Shown: positions 24,201 to 33,568, counted from the first letter of the stretch. The stretch: 60,925 bases of DNA from a virus (IMGVR_UViG_3300030419_007265:1-60925), one strand, 5' to 3'. Notes: generated by a model not told the origin, from the letters alone. Program-made: numbers and translations.

Positions 24201-25261
24201 AAATCTGCTTCATTAGTAGCGCCTATTGAAACTTGCAATGCTTGACTGTAAGTAGATTGCTGTTTATTTAAATCTCTTAAAATTGCTGATAAAATATTAG
24301 CTTGGAAAACACCTGCCACCTGCTCCCGTAGATAAGCCTGACTTGAGTCGGCCAAACCGGCATAAGATTTTGCAAAATTATTTAAAATCTGTATAGCAGG
24401 TAAAGTATTGCCTTGAACATCCTTAACTGCAACATTATAAGATTCAAGAGCTTCTAATGTACTTTGCCGCTGTAGCCTCGTAAAAATAGTTTTCATGGCG
24501 TTGCCGATAACTGCACCGCCTCGACCAGTGGTTTGCTGAACCGAAGTCACCATAGCATTCAATTCATCAAATCCTACTTTAGCATCTCTAGCAGATGAAC
24601 CTACTCGCCCGATGGCCTCGACCAAATCTCTTGCCCCAACTGCAAATTTAGTTTCTACAGCTACAAATTTATTAAGTGACGAACTTGTAGTAACCATGGC
24701 GCTATCAAAAGCGTTAACAGTAGCCGTTAAAGAACTTACCGCTTTATCAGCATTGATTCCAGTCAATCTAACTAGAGTCATGGCGTCCGCTGTTCTTTTA
24801 AGAGTTTCTTCTGTTTTTAGACCTTGACGAGCAAATTCCAACGCACCTTTAGCTACATCTTGAAAAGCTGTGGCATTCTTTTTTGAAATGTCAAAAAGCT
24901 GATTCCCAAATTCTTCAAAATTTTTATTGCTTAATTGTAAAATACGATTGATATCCGAAAAGGCTTTTCCTACCTCAACTGTAGTTTTAGCTAGCTCACG
25001 AAAAGCTTTAGATACGCCCCCTATAACCGCAGTAGAAGCACCAAATGCAATAACTCGAGCATTCGAAGCTGCCAAGGCAGAATCAAACATATTAAGATCT
25101 CCTGTGATTCTTCCTAGTGGCTGCCTGAAGCCTTTTTCATTAATTTTTAAATTAATGGTTCCGCTTTTGCCGGCGAATTTTCTATTATAAGCTTGGACTC
25201 CTCGATTTACCGAATCAATAAAAGCCTTTTCATTAATAGCTGCGTCTATTTTAAAGGACAT
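18233..25261 (-). CDS. Tail tape measure protein
   Basis: 2342 aa, Ala/Gly-rich helical; TP901-like core (EFARQG...GGAVIGNAMKTIFTRL); C-terminal GEYV.N..AV motifs. Confidence 0.93.
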   Translation of the reverse strand: MSFKIDAAINEKAFIDSVNRGVQAYNRKFAGKSGTINLKINEKGFRQPLGRITGDLNMFDSALAASNARVIAFGASTAVIGGVSKAFRELAKTTVEVGKAFSDINRILQLSNKNFEEFGNQLFDISKKNATAFQDVAKGALEFARQGLKTEETLKRTADAMTLVRLTGINADKAVSSLTATVNAFDSAMVTTSSSLNKFVAVETKFAVGARDLVEAIGRVGSSARDAKVGFDELNAMVTSVQQTTGRGGAVIGNAMKTIFTRLQRQSTLEALESYNVAVKDVQGNTLPAIQILNNFAKSYAGLADSSQAYLREQVAGVFQANILSAILRDLNKQQSTYSQALQVSIGATNEADLATAKLNQSLSALMAQTTTEFQKLQQNIGKETFEPLARQILEPLKSAMEGLNNLIDGEGAGSEVANGILKGIKNVIGGPGLVAIGTVLFTVFKNTIGYMAQALPQLIGLTTETSKRATLEKFIEAALRNEADLSKAVAANEGNAAAQAKLLMDYAVTTAAAMEGQEESMIAMVNAMMKMPKSMPAVAAATGGTKKPRGASGFIPGMAGEINDIRRGVGGVSPTSRPVSIPNFAFGGGVRGTMIANTGEYIVPNYRNGGSAIFNPNMVSQYGMPAGAKPVRGSGGYVPNFVDVGKLRLEDFEGMKPADLKKDSALMSRFTQLTGRKNLSTGMKDALKAGYAKRSAQSQARRDTFISKEIAMLTPPAGYGSGGSAMHTFGAGNKIPGMKGKPFSVAFRKYTYNPKTASKVGKNITPIEEDIEKGIISATQRFAQSIDPPADDLSPAQMKTALNTAQGGAGAISAAAGAAFEVGISQALGLQAAAPEKGVKNLDVPRGFFTQQLKDLFSTGGKKVRATVTGGDFKVRDSEGTVKSMAEKIMSPAGDPGWRSWVSARSRSSRGYVPNFAALGDAVEREAAAGVPLGSIRVGRSNRLASPNNPVGLGVTNTRDEPRGLKDVVGAARGFIPNYVGGVDLGGTVGKTNKHLAALNNGFTRFQTIIDKVALKLSKKEITESQAMRATDRLGRAAGKTGSSLTTLQTRVKSTAASMSASTAAAGGATGLKGRLKESMKQGGGMGVGIGLAMGLPMLGGAAEQAFGEGDPTGQVTSGALTGAGTGASLGMIFGPWGAGIGAAVGALGGLTNAAIDAGKSVEQLKREAEEFGKETEKMTSAGQAYIQAQEDLLSATNVKDMESAQQAVIKNFEAIKGTKLEESFAAAGADVKALTAALKDYEEERDVGGAIKKAGAAAAAADDTKYTKMFGAFGGAVEDYFTETIVRQTRALKPGHSRAYVPASSTFKYSIEDKNLKALKKDYGDMFELLATELSEGQLEELSKLLRDETNSWGFDETAVAKLVIKYGDRISNEYKTDLEEFFQNLEDATSGKLFTVQDFSTVIERVNAFGKKQDAAVATTVKLTEIATRSFIDIKDAMQMVATGLAKAAKFAGSLTKARGALGGNVAGILRTQGNTLGAIDFERSQAQASLDLKRQSMDQKFVADNITKLLNAVKTAGGVAPGDTALKDLNEAADVFTKDVAQGFKLLEQFSGRNSAATTQLQKTIKDSKVLYEDQLRNINVDQAILNSKFDLEEQKAQNLIREQALQSELRTTLHERKMLMIEEKSNAAKEEIRLKARLADTRTFAGMTGAQALRERQGINQGLTALQISGARRDALSATVRGIGEAQIQKDTVDSNLLLISSQSSLTEAVDDLTVEMQKSVAIARLEADTSARIVESRVQQRALRNTIIKDPNSPIAKIAAAHEGGAEAYFKMMADAREGQIRGDAAKQMKALLASPGGGGGARVGAGRAVNLSQVRRSVVDFEMQRAQAGGTFDRLKQFKSIGEAQKEINRLIGQEESKGENANTKLLEKLRTIREELAARKATLSASEQELFLQQKLTQEREIYNEEVKRSFTKSMSEGFQEVFRDTDYIFGRLGKELPMAFRDGMVGALEEAMDRTEDLGDAMRGFAVDMLKMVRRSFLQYSMSNFTNLIGMGASPGFRTSGPGHLNVPDWFGGQKGGILKARNGMYISGSRTGDKNPALLEDGEYVLNRNAVKAMGGPVALNRLNFGMAPRFQDGGSMMLNESVRSPRMSGFFLASDNPELQEAREAARAAYEKKQQKKAEKKQLLTTFLTTLVSAGIAQGSKMFGPKDFTGGAFGEGTFTDPITGATGDNIISLPSNAKSLGRLGTSIGQTGGYFNRGFFNRDSVPTFMAGGEYVMNNRAVRKYGLGFMGRLNGGVIPTMQAGGGVGGASTPPLNTSTATNTNNISINVNLGGGSGGAQSGSGGTGNVNADQESNRDQATEAKDLSERIRGAVLEVISQEQRLGGSLRKARH

Positions 25262-25288
25262 AACTTCAATCTAATTTATACACTTGTT

Positions 25289-26287
25289 TTAGTCTTTTAA
25301 AATGCTCATTAGATCTTTCATGTCCATTTTTCCTCCTTTTTCTTTAAGCTTCTTGCTGAGCGTGTCTCCTCCCGCCTGTTGAACCCCTAAATATTCATAG
25401 TCTTGTTTTTCAGCTCCAAATACTGTAGATGCTCCCTCTTTATCTACATTTTGCAATTTATCTTTAGCTTTTTCCTGAGCATTTACATAATCTACTACTT
25501 TTTGAGGGTCTGTTTTTATGCGTTCTGGAATTTTAGGATAATTTTCAAAAATATTTTTAAACATGCGACTATATATAACAAGCTTCACTTGGTTCATCGA
25601 AAGCTCAAAAAGAGGCTTGGAAAACATATTTGTTACAGTCTCACAAAAAGGTAAGTAAGGCTGATAAAAATCTTGAAGTATAACGCGTTGAATATTATCG
25701 TCAGAAAAAACTGAATAAGTTTTATTGTAAGACTCTACAACTTTAGACATTTCTTCGCGCCTCATATTATCCACATCTTTCTGGCTATAAAAAGATTCCT
25801 TAAGAGCTACATCCTTATGTAAAGATTTTATTATATAATAATCGGAAACGCGGCTTTCGGCATATTTGTCACAAGTTTGGCCAATTAAATCTTCTTTTTG
25901 CAGCTTCAGTTCATATAGCTTTCTTTCACCTTCCTTTATATCCGCATTAACTTGATCAATTTGTTTTTTTAGATATAATTCTTTTTTTGTATTTTGAACT
26001 TGCTCTAAATATTGCTCTTGCTGTTTAATTTTACCTTCGTCATGCGAAGTCCACAGCCCCTCTTCTTCTAAACGTTTAAGGGCGTCTTCTTGAGTTGGAA
26101 GTCCCCTCTTTTTAGCATTTTCATAGAAGCCTTGGCGTATTTCTTCTATGTCTACTTGATCAAAGACAGATAAGTGCTTTAGGTACGCAGGTTTATCGTA
26201 ATCGAAAATATGTGACCACCCAAAAACTAAATCTTTGAATATATGCCTAAGGTTAACATCATTCTTCGCTTGGGTTGTCGATGTCAT
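25289..26287 (-). CDS. Hypothetical protein, possible tail assembly chaperone
   Basis: Long helical ORF immediately upstream of the tape measure. Confidence 0.45.
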   Translation of the reverse strand: MTSTTQAKNDVNLRHIFKDLVFGWSHIFDYDKPAYLKHLSVFDQVDIEEIRQGFYENAKKRGLPTQEDALKRLEEEGLWTSHDEGKIKQQEQYLEQVQNTKKELYLKKQIDQVNADIKEGERKLYELKLQKEDLIGQTCDKYAESRVSDYYIIKSLHKDVALKESFYSQKDVDNMRREEMSKVVESYNKTYSVFSDDNIQRVILQDFYQPYLPFCETVTNMFSKPLFELSMNQVKLVIYSRMFKNIFENYPKIPERIKTDPQKVVDYVNAQEKAKDKLQNVDKEGASTVFGAEKQDYEYLGVQQAGGDTLSKKLKEKGGKMDMKDLMSILKD

Positions 26288-27041
26288 TTATAATTTTATC
26301 GAAGTCTTTTTCTTCAGGCTGATTACTAAAATACCAAAAACTTATTATGGACGCTAGCTTTCCCGCTACTAACTGAAATAAAGAATCCTCAGCTTCGTCT
26401 TTAGAGTAATAATCATCTATTTTCTCTTCGAAAGTCTCCCCTTTAAATAATGGCACAGGTTCTTTTATCTCTAGTTCATCGCATTTATAATGAGTTAAGC
26501 TGGCAATGTACCACAAAATAATTCTATTTTGGGCTTTAGTATCTGCCGTATGGCTAAATAAATTTTGGTAAGAGCCTTCTAGCGTGACAATATCTCTGCG
26601 CGTTATAGCTACCTTAGCTGCTAGTTTATCTATTAGCTCTCTAGTTTGCCGTGGCAGTTTTTTTACATCTCTATGTTTTAAAGTTTTTTGGGTATATTCC
26701 CCCTCCAGCTCCGCTAATTCACCATACAACTCCACTAAACGTTGTGCGTCATTTTCTGAAAGCAACCCTCCTGTATCAGAATATTTCTTCGCAAGCATAG
26801 CTTTAGTTAGAATTCCTTTTTTAACGCAACGGCTCATTTCAATAGAATATTCCATATCAGCCTCTTCAAGTTCGCGTCGAGTAGGGTCTTTTATGATTAT
26901 TTCATATGGAACCTCTTTACTAACTTTCTTGCTTACTTCTACCTCCTCTTCAACTCCGTCTTTATTTTTGCGTTTTTCTTGGGTTTTTTGCTCTATTTTT
27001 TGAGTATCATGAACAGTAAAAGAATATATTTGCTTTAACAT
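26259..27041 (-). CDS. Hypothetical protein, possible tail assembly chaperone
   Basis: Charged helical ORF overlapping the next gene by 29 nt. Confidence 0.45.
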   Translation of the reverse strand: MLKQIYSFTVHDTQKIEQKTQEKRKNKDGVEEEVEVSKKVSKEVPYEIIIKDPTRRELEEADMEYSIEMSRCVKKGILTKAMLAKKYSDTGGLLSENDAQRLVELYGELAELEGEYTQKTLKHRDVKKLPRQTRELIDKLAAKVAITRRDIVTLEGSYQNLFSHTADTKAQNRIILWYIASLTHYKCDELEIKEPVPLFKGETFEEKIDDYYSKDEAEDSLFQLVAGKLASIISFWYFSNQPEEKDFDKIINDIDNPSEE

Positions 27042-27111
27042 AAATATGTAAAAATAATATTAAATAAACACTTTTTTTCCAAAGGTTTTTTAAAAAGTGT
27101 ATAGTATAAGT

Positions 27112-27564
27112 ATGGCAAGTTTAATTTCTGATAGCGAAAAAAGCACCTTGAACAGCGTCATGGACGACCAACATGACACATTTGCTAGATCTGTTACAAT
27201 TGTGAAAGATCCTATTGAAACAATTTCCACCCAAGACAATGAGTTTAACTCAATTTACGGAAACGCCGGTGCCACGAATCCTATTACTTATACAACGCAA
27301 TCCACAACGATAAAAGCGCGAATACAATATGGCCAAGATTTTTCTGAAGATTATTTTACGGCAGCAAAATCTCCCAATCAAATTAAGGTATATATACCTG
27401 AAGGTTTAGTAAGGATGAAGATAAAAGCAGCCGACCTAACAACAGTTTCAGAGGCTAAAAGAGTTGAATTTGATAATCAAAAATTTTCTATTTACAGTGA
27501 TTTTAGAGGGCACGGTCTTTTTGACTCTCAGTTTTACACTGTAATGCTTAAAAAATTAACCTAA
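27112..27564 (+). CDS. Putative head-closure/neck protein
   Basis: Beta-rich 150 aa; ATG 27112 lies 10 nt after GTGTA (the track start at 27097 is the motif itself); first gene of the plus-strand block. Confidence 0.55.
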   Translation: MASLISDSEKSTLNSVMDDQHDTFARSVTIVKDPIETISTQDNEFNSIYGNAGATNPITYTTQSTTIKARIQYGQDFSEDYFTAAKSPNQIKVYIPEGLVRMKIKAADLTTVSEAKRVEFDNQKFSIYSDFRGHGLFDSQFYTVMLKKLT

Positions 27565-28166
27565 TGCCTACTCGTATATCCAACGCACTAACAAAAAGAA
27601 TAAAGGAGCAAGCTGCTAAGCAGCCTGCTTTTCAAAAAGAAGTAAAAAGGACAATTGAAAAAGAGTTTGCTAACATTTATGATCAATTTTTAAAATCCTT
27701 CAACTCTCATCCTGTTACCTTGGAGATTGAAACAGGGCCGTCCGCTAGTAATATAAGCCGAACTTTAGGGGGAATTGGGAATCTTTACACTTACATTGGA
27801 TTTACTGCGGGGTCTAAGCCTATTAGACCTTTGCGAGAATTACTAGAAAAATACCATATTAGGTATCATAATCTTAGAGGTGTTTTCAGAGCCACTATTG
27901 AAGTTCCAACAAAAGATGATGTATTTAATGCAACTCCAATGCCATGGGCTACCGGTCGTAGCTGGGCACGAGGAATTGAAAGAGGCATTTCGGGACTTGG
28001 ACAATATTTATTTTCCAGCGGCTCTATACCTCAATCAAGGTCCGGAAAAGCTATAGAAGTAAAAGGGAAGATAAGAAGTGGAAAATTCTCTAATGTTAGC
28101 TATATGTCGGCATTGCTCAATGATTATTACAAAGCCATAGAAAAACTGCAAAATAAACAATTCTAA
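27564..28166 (+). CDS. Putative neck/tail-completion protein
   Basis: Coupled start/stop; basic; position between head closure and terminator genes. Confidence 0.45.
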   Translation: MPTRISNALTKRIKEQAAKQPAFQKEVKRTIEKEFANIYDQFLKSFNSHPVTLEIETGPSASNISRTLGGIGNLYTYIGFTAGSKPIRPLRELLEKYHIRYHNLRGVFRATIEVPTKDDVFNATPMPWATGRSWARGIERGISGLGQYLFSSGSIPQSRSGKAIEVKGKIRSGKFSNVSYMSALLNDYYKAIEKLQNKQF

Positions 28167-29020
28167 TGAAACCTTTATATCAACATGGACTTTTAAATAG
28201 CTTTTATCTTTGGTTTGATAACTTTCTTCTAAAGAAAGGCGAAGCGTATAAAAATTATACAACTGACTTTTACTATTATGTAGATGAAAGAGTGCAAGAC
28301 AAAGTTGTTTTTGGCTCGCCCTATAAACAATGGGTTTATGATAAGAACATAAGTGCAGCCACAATTAATCCTACTATAAGCGGAGATGGAACTGCCATAA
28401 CCGCGGGCACCAGCGGCTTAACTTATGATTTTGACAATGGTAGATTGCTATTTGATTCTAACTTCAATACAGGCACCAACATAAGTGGCACTTACACGGT
28501 CAAGAATTGTAATATCTATATTGCCAACCAAACCGAAGAAACTTTAATAACAGCTGGTAAATATAAGACAAACAGTAGATATGGACGCACTTTAAGTTAT
28601 GTGGCCCCCTACGACCAAGCGACTCCTGCCGCATTCCTTTCCCTTGGAACTACAACAAATGCACCTTTTGCTTTTGGAGGCCAAGATAATACTATAACAG
28701 ATATCACAGCCGTAGTTTTTGCTGAGAATATGTATCAATTAGATGGAGTTTTATCTATTTTTGCTGATTCTGCTAGAGAGGTTTTTGGCAACATTCCCTT
28801 TTCTGGAGCCCCATTAGACGAATATGGAGGCGTTAAATCCTCTTACCCTGATGGCTACAATTATTCAAATGTTGCTTCAACAAATGATGGGGAAAAATAT
28901 ATGATTAATGAAACCCGAGTTTCTAAAGTCGGCGACACTGCGGATAAACAGTTGCCTGTGGATCTTTTCGTTGGTTTTGTTGATTTCGAAATATACAAAT
29001 ATAGATTCCCAAGAAGTTAA
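28166..29020 (+). CDS. Putative tail terminator/completion protein
   Basis: Directly upstream of the tail tube gene; C-terminal VGFVDFEI strand. Confidence 0.45.
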   Translation: MKPLYQHGLLNSFYLWFDNFLLKKGEAYKNYTTDFYYYVDERVQDKVVFGSPYKQWVYDKNISAATINPTISGDGTAITAGTSGLTYDFDNGRLLFDSNFNTGTNISGTYTVKNCNIYIANQTEETLITAGKYKTNSRYGRTLSYVAPYDQATPAAFLSLGTTTNAPFAFGGQDNTITDITAVVFAENMYQLDGVLSIFADSAREVFGNIPFSGAPLDEYGGVKSSYPDGYNYSNVASTNDGEKYMINETRVSKVGDTADKQLPVDLFVGFVDFEIYKYRFPRS

Positions 29021-29077
29021 AAGTTCTCAAAGTCATAAAAAAGTTGTAAATTATTTTAAATTTAGAACTATACTACT

Positions 29078-30532
29078 ATGGCTAGAAACAGAGTAATTTA
29101 TCAAAGTCAGGCGTTATTTATATCGCCTTCATCCACGGGTTACCATATGCAAACGGGAGATTCGTCATCGAATAACTCGGTTGATACAGTAGGTAATTAT
29201 AACTGGACAGGAGTAACAGGGATAGCTTTCCCTGACGGAGCAGCGCCGGCATCAAACCCAGCGTCCAAAGTGCTCAATCGGAGTCTTATTGAACCCCTTC
29301 GCAGGGTTCAATCGGCTAACTTCAACTTCACTATTAATCGCCAAGATATTAACGAATTCGGCAAACTTGCACGTATTGACTCTATTGTAATGGAGTCTCC
29401 TACGGTAGGTTTGGATTTCAGTTATTATATGACTGATGGTGAAAATGAAAGAAAAATGGGTTTCAATCTTCCCACTAATTGTTCCGGCGTAGCGGGAATA
29501 CCAGCCTCACCTATGTCACGAGCTACTACTGATGTAGCATGGACGGGAGACGGATGTGTATCAGGATTCTCAGCCTTATCCGGCTTAATTGAAGACACTC
29601 AAGGAAACAACTACTTCATCGTAACAACTAAAGAAGGTGAAGACGTTCAAGGTGATACAGTTACAACCACAGCAAATGATTTCGATGTCATTTCTATCGG
29701 AAACGGATTCATTAGTGATTATACCATTGATGCTTCTGTAGGAGCTATTCCTACTGCTAGTGTTACGATAGAAGCATTTAATATTCGAATGGACGATAAG
29801 ATCTCGGGAGCTGTGGCTAACAATGTCACTGGTAACCAAGTTCCGGGTGTTGATGATACCCAAGGTCAACAAGTTGCCATTAATTATAACTTTGAAGGCG
29901 GAACGATTAATACCACAGGCGAAGGTGCAGATCAAATCACTGCATTGCGTCCGGGAGATCTTGTGCTTGAGTTTATTGACGCAGGCGAAGACGAAAGTAT
30001 AAATACTTCTTATGATGGATTTACTACTTTGAGCGGCGATGGCAAAGCTCATATTCAGAGTTTTGGTGTCACAGTTCCAATGAGTCGTACTGTACTCGGA
30101 AGACTGGGCAACACCTTCGGATATGCCCGTGTAATCGATCTTCCTATGAATATCGACGTGAGCGTTTCCGCTATCGTATCTGAGCTGAAAACTTCTAATC
30201 TATTCGAAAAGTTAGCATCTACGAATAAAACAGACTTCCGTCTTACTATGCGTAGATCAGCTGGAACAGGTAAAGCGGGCGCAGAGGCGTTAGTTATCGA
30301 TGTCAAAGGTGCTCGCCTTGAAGGAGAAAGCTATAGCGCTTCTATCGGGGACAATGAAACTGTTGATATCACCTTCTCTACACAAATAGGTGGCTCTCAA
30401 GATCAAAACAATGGTATCTTTATGAGAGGATCTTACGCACGCTGGACAACCCTTCCTTATTGGGTGCTTGGTGATGCTAAGACAAAACAAGGTTCATGGA
30501 CCAGCGATGGATTCGTTACATCCATCCAATAA
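29078..30532 (+). CDS. Major tail tube protein
   Basis: RVQSANFNFTINRQDINEFG, beta-rich acidic 484 aa, followed by a strong terminator. Confidence 0.7.
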   Translation: MARNRVIYQSQALFISPSSTGYHMQTGDSSSNNSVDTVGNYNWTGVTGIAFPDGAAPASNPASKVLNRSLIEPLRRVQSANFNFTINRQDINEFGKLARIDSIVMESPTVGLDFSYYMTDGENERKMGFNLPTNCSGVAGIPASPMSRATTDVAWTGDGCVSGFSALSGLIEDTQGNNYFIVTTKEGEDVQGDTVTTTANDFDVISIGNGFISDYTIDASVGAIPTASVTIEAFNIRMDDKISGAVANNVTGNQVPGVDDTQGQQVAINYNFEGGTINTTGEGADQITALRPGDLVLEFIDAGEDESINTSYDGFTTLSGDGKAHIQSFGVTVPMSRTVLGRLGNTFGYARVIDLPMNIDVSVSAIVSELKTSNLFEKLASTNKTDFRLTMRRSAGTGKAGAEALVIDVKGARLEGESYSASIGDNETVDITFSTQIGGSQDQNNGIFMRGSYARWTTLPYWVLGDAKTKQGSWTSDGFVTSIQ

Positions 30533-30548
30533 ACAAGTTAAATCAAAC

Positions 30549-30580
30549 AAAAACCCCGCTCGAAAGAGCGGGGTTTTTTT
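30549..30580. terminator. Bidirectional intrinsic terminator
   Basis: AAAAACCCCGCTC-GAAA-GAGCGGGGTTTTTTT between convergent genes. Confidence 0.92.
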
Positions 30581-30606
30581 ATGTCAATATATGAAAAATA
30601 AAACCT

Positions 30607-31167
30607 TTAGTACTGGCCCACCCACGCACGTCCATAGATATCGCCGCTAGCGTCCACAGAAGCGTCTGTGCCGGCAACTTGAACTGGAGCCGCCCCGTAG
30701 ATACTATATTTAGCTACAAGTAAATCTAGGGCCTCCTGAGCGTCCTTAGCGAAGCCTCTGTAAGTCTTAGCTATCTCATTCTTATTTGTACGAGTAATCA
30801 TGGAGTCTCCCTCCCGCAAACTAATGAAATCCACCGAACTATCAATGCCTTTTAAAACGGCACGAGCTTTTTTGGTATAATAATTTGTTAAGTAAATTTG
30901 CTTGTATATGTCAGCTTCTTCAAACCTAAAGTTTCCTGAAGGCTGCAAAATAGTATCATCGTTATATCCATTAGTATTATCAGAGGTTGCCTGACCAGAC
31001 CCTGAGAAAGATTGATAGATAAGAGTGTTTAATAATCCTACGTTATTGGCCAACCATCCCGAGATAGAGGAGAGTGTGGCATATCCGGTATCCGAATCGA
31101 ATTCGTCATTGTAGATGCCAGTAGCTATTGTACTGACCAAATAAGGGGTCCTTTGTCTGTCAGGCAT
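30607..31167 (-). CDS. Putative head-tail adaptor
   Basis: Downstream of the capsid gene; helical with SLREGDSMITR hairpin segment. Confidence 0.5.
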   Translation of the reverse strand: MPDRQRTPYLVSTIATGIYNDEFDSDTGYATLSSISGWLANNVGLLNTLIYQSFSGSGQATSDNTNGYNDDTILQPSGNFRFEEADIYKQIYLTNYYTKKARAVLKGIDSSVDFISLREGDSMITRTNKNEIAKTYRGFAKDAQEALDLLVAKYSIYGAAPVQVAGTDASVDASGDIYGRAWVGQY

Positions 31168-31187
31168 ATATAGTATTTACACTAATA

Positions 31188-31622
31188 TTAAAAACCTTCC
31201 CCCATTAATTTTTTAGCTTTTTCATGATCGGGATGAGCTGGATCTGAAATGGAAAGAGGGGTTTCCATTACTATAGAGCGGCTGCCTCTAGTAACGCGCT
31301 TAAATTCTTCACGCAATTTTTGCTTCATGCGAGCCCTAGAACTGTCCGGAAAAATGCCTACTTTGGTGCATAAATTCTGAAGATCGCTCACAGTGGCGTC
31401 ACTCATATTCTTTTCAAATATGTCGGGCTCATTAGTCCCAAAAGGATTAGTAGTTTTAATTCCTAATACTTGCTCCAAGTCAGCTACTTTTTTTAAAGTA
31501 TTATCATCTATTTTACCCGTAGTAAAATTTTGCACATCCTCTAAAGATGCCTTTTTCTTAGAAGCCGTTGCTTCTTTGGTTGTTTTCCCGCTTTTTCTTT
31601 TAGCTTTCTTTTTCGCTGCCAT
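31188..31622 (-). CDS. Hypothetical basic protein (start reassigned to 31622)
   Basis: The track's upstream extension runs through a terminator; MAAKKKAKRK follows an ATGTA variant of the late motif. Confidence 0.6.
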   Translation of the reverse strand: MAAKKKAKRKSGKTTKEATASKKKASLEDVQNFTTGKIDDNTLKKVADLEQVLGIKTTNPFGTNEPDIFEKNMSDATVSDLQNLCTKVGIFPDSSRARMKQKLREEFKRVTRGSRSIVMETPLSISDPAHPDHEKAKKLMGEGF

Positions 31623-31654
31623 ACCTAATATTACATCTAAAAACTCTTTTTTCC

Positions 31655-31690
31655 AAAAAAAAACTCCACCCCGTTGCCGAGGTGGAGTCT
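31655..31690 (-). terminator. Intrinsic terminator after the major capsid gene
   Basis: Minus strand ACTCCACCTCG-GCAA-CGGGGTGGAGT followed by a T tract. Confidence 0.88.
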
Positions 31691-31708
31691 TTAATAACAT
31701 TCAGCCGA

Positions 31709-32863
31709 TTACATGATCAAGCCTACTAAGGCCCTATCATCCAGCACCATGCGTCCCTCTTCTAACGCGCCATAGTAACCAATTCTCTGCTGTCTATTAG
31801 AGAACTGATCATCTGCGACCAAGTTAAACTCGGAACCGGTTTCTGAATCAACAGCGATAGCACGTACCATCGCATCACGTGTACGGTCAAGACCGACGAT
31901 GATTTCTTCACTAGCACCGTTAAATGCGCTAGAAGCAGTTGTGGAACCATGATCAAGATAATCGGTAGTTCCAGCTACTGTATCGAAAACGTCGTTGAAT
32001 CTCTTACCAACACCAAGCTCAAGAATTTCCATGATAGAAATACCATAGAACTCAGTCAAGCCAGCTTGACCAAATATTTTCTCGCGCTCAGGGTCAACCA
32101 ATGTGACAGGCTGAGAAGTTGCACCTACAGCTGCACCATTAGGAGCAAGTGTATTGATTGGCTGATAAGCCATGGCACGAATCTTCTCGACCACCTCAGG
32201 AGAAACCAAAAGGTCAGTTAGACCCTTACGAGCTCCAGTCGGAGTGCCGCCGTCCCATGAAGCGTTAACCCTCTTGATCTTAGTGAATAACTTATTCAAG
32301 TCATCCAATAATAAACGATCAGCTTGAGCCGTACGGAACACGTGACGATTGGTTGCTTCTAATGCAGCTGTACCAGTCTTAGCGTTAGCAAGAGCTGTCA
32401 TAAGCAGATTAGAAGATGTTCTCTCCTGCTTAATTAAAACTTCCTGCGCTACGCGAGTGAATGTTTTACCAATCACATCCAATCTTGAACGAGACGCGTA
32501 TTTCTTATCAAAAGAAACGGCGCTGTCTAGGTTGTAAGTGGCGAACTTCAATTCAGAAGCGGTGGGTTGCACGTAGTTGGTAGGAAGACCTCCAGCTACG
32601 GATTGACTGTAAACACGGATATAATCTTCATCGAAGATATTATAATATAAATCTAAGGGAATAGAAGGATTATCATCAGCGTTGTACTGTAATGGAGTGA
32701 AAAGGTTACTCACAGTTGGAGCGTTATTGATAACTTCAGCTAAGACAGGGCCAATAAACTCTGCCAAAGCGACCTGAGCCGCATAGGCAGTATCACGATT
32801 ACGTGAAGCCATAGCCTTAACTAACTCAATCTGCTCATCGGTTCTTTTTAATGTAATTTTCAT
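31709..32863 (-). CDS. Major capsid protein
   Basis: 384 aa; order portal-protease-decoration-MCP; followed by a terminator. Confidence 0.8.
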   Translation of the reverse strand: MKITLKRTDEQIELVKAMASRNRDTAYAAQVALAEFIGPVLAEVINNAPTVSNLFTPLQYNADDNPSIPLDLYYNIFDEDYIRVYSQSVAGGLPTNYVQPTASELKFATYNLDSAVSFDKKYASRSRLDVIGKTFTRVAQEVLIKQERTSSNLLMTALANAKTGTAALEATNRHVFRTAQADRLLLDDLNKLFTKIKRVNASWDGGTPTGARKGLTDLLVSPEVVEKIRAMAYQPINTLAPNGAAVGATSQPVTLVDPEREKIFGQAGLTEFYGISIMEILELGVGKRFNDVFDTVAGTTDYLDHGSTTASSAFNGASEEIIVGLDRTRDAMVRAIAVDSETGSEFNLVADDQFSNRQQRIGYYGALEEGRMVLDDRALVGLIM

Positions 32864-32891
32864 GTTCTAAATAATTCCTTTCTGTTAATTA

Positions 32892-33554
32892 TTATGCAAC
32901 GTCCCATGAAGCACATACGTCCAAATGAACCAACGCATACTGGGCAGTACCTGTACCAGCAAACTCATCAGATTTACCCATCTGAGAAGTTCTATTACCG
33001 GTACCGATAATATGACCCACTAGCGTTCCTACTACGTCAGCCAGACTTTCGCGTGTGACACCAGTTAACTTGCCGTCATTTGCAGAAATAGCGGCGATGT
33101 TACCCGGAACGAAATTCGAGTCTTTTTCGTAAGCAGTTTCATCGAAGGTGAACAAACCTTTCGTAGCGACAGGCACAGCCTGACCACTAAGAACAGCTTG
33201 AAGTTCATCTTTTTTGACTGGGTTATAAAGGAGTTTTTCTCCGTTCTCGTCATTCTTTAATGTTTGATTAAGAGTGACGCCTAATACTGGGCTTCCGGTG
33301 GTGGCAGCTACAACGCGTAAAGGTACGACAGGATACTTATCTGCACCCAAGAAGGGGTAGTCAGTTTTTCCTAGATAGGTACTTCCGATTAAATCGAAAG
33401 TATCTTTCTGCATATTGCCGCTTAGTACCTTTACCATCACACCTGCACTACCGTTACCGTTAGTTGTGGGGTTATCATCAACCACCTGATTAGCGTACAT
33501 GTTGATAACATCATGATCGCTATATTGCCTAAATGGATATAATCTTAATGCCAT
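32892..33554 (-). CDS. Capsid decoration/cement protein
   Basis: Between scaffold and MCP; VLSGQAVPVATKGLF beta-rich motif. Confidence 0.6.
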   Translation of the reverse strand: MALRLYPFRQYSDHDVINMYANQVVDDNPTTNGNGSAGVMVKVLSGNMQKDTFDLIGSTYLGKTDYPFLGADKYPVVPLRVVAATTGSPVLGVTLNQTLKNDENGEKLLYNPVKKDELQAVLSGQAVPVATKGLFTFDETAYEKDSNFVPGNIAAISANDGKLTGVTRESLADVVGTLVGHIIGTGNRTSQMGKSDEFAGTGTAQYALVHLDVCASWDVA

Positions 33555-33568
33555 AATGGTTTATAGGT

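Noticed and set aside
18233-25261. Repeated G(F/Y)(I/V)PN(F/Y) and GEYV.N..AV motifs in the tape measure
   Set aside because: Common features of tape measure proteins; not a separate element.
26259-26287. Lambda G/GT-type -1 frameshift
   Set aside because: The downstream ORF is in the +1 frame, has its own ATG right after an in-frame stop, and no XXXYYYZ slippery heptamer is in the overlap.
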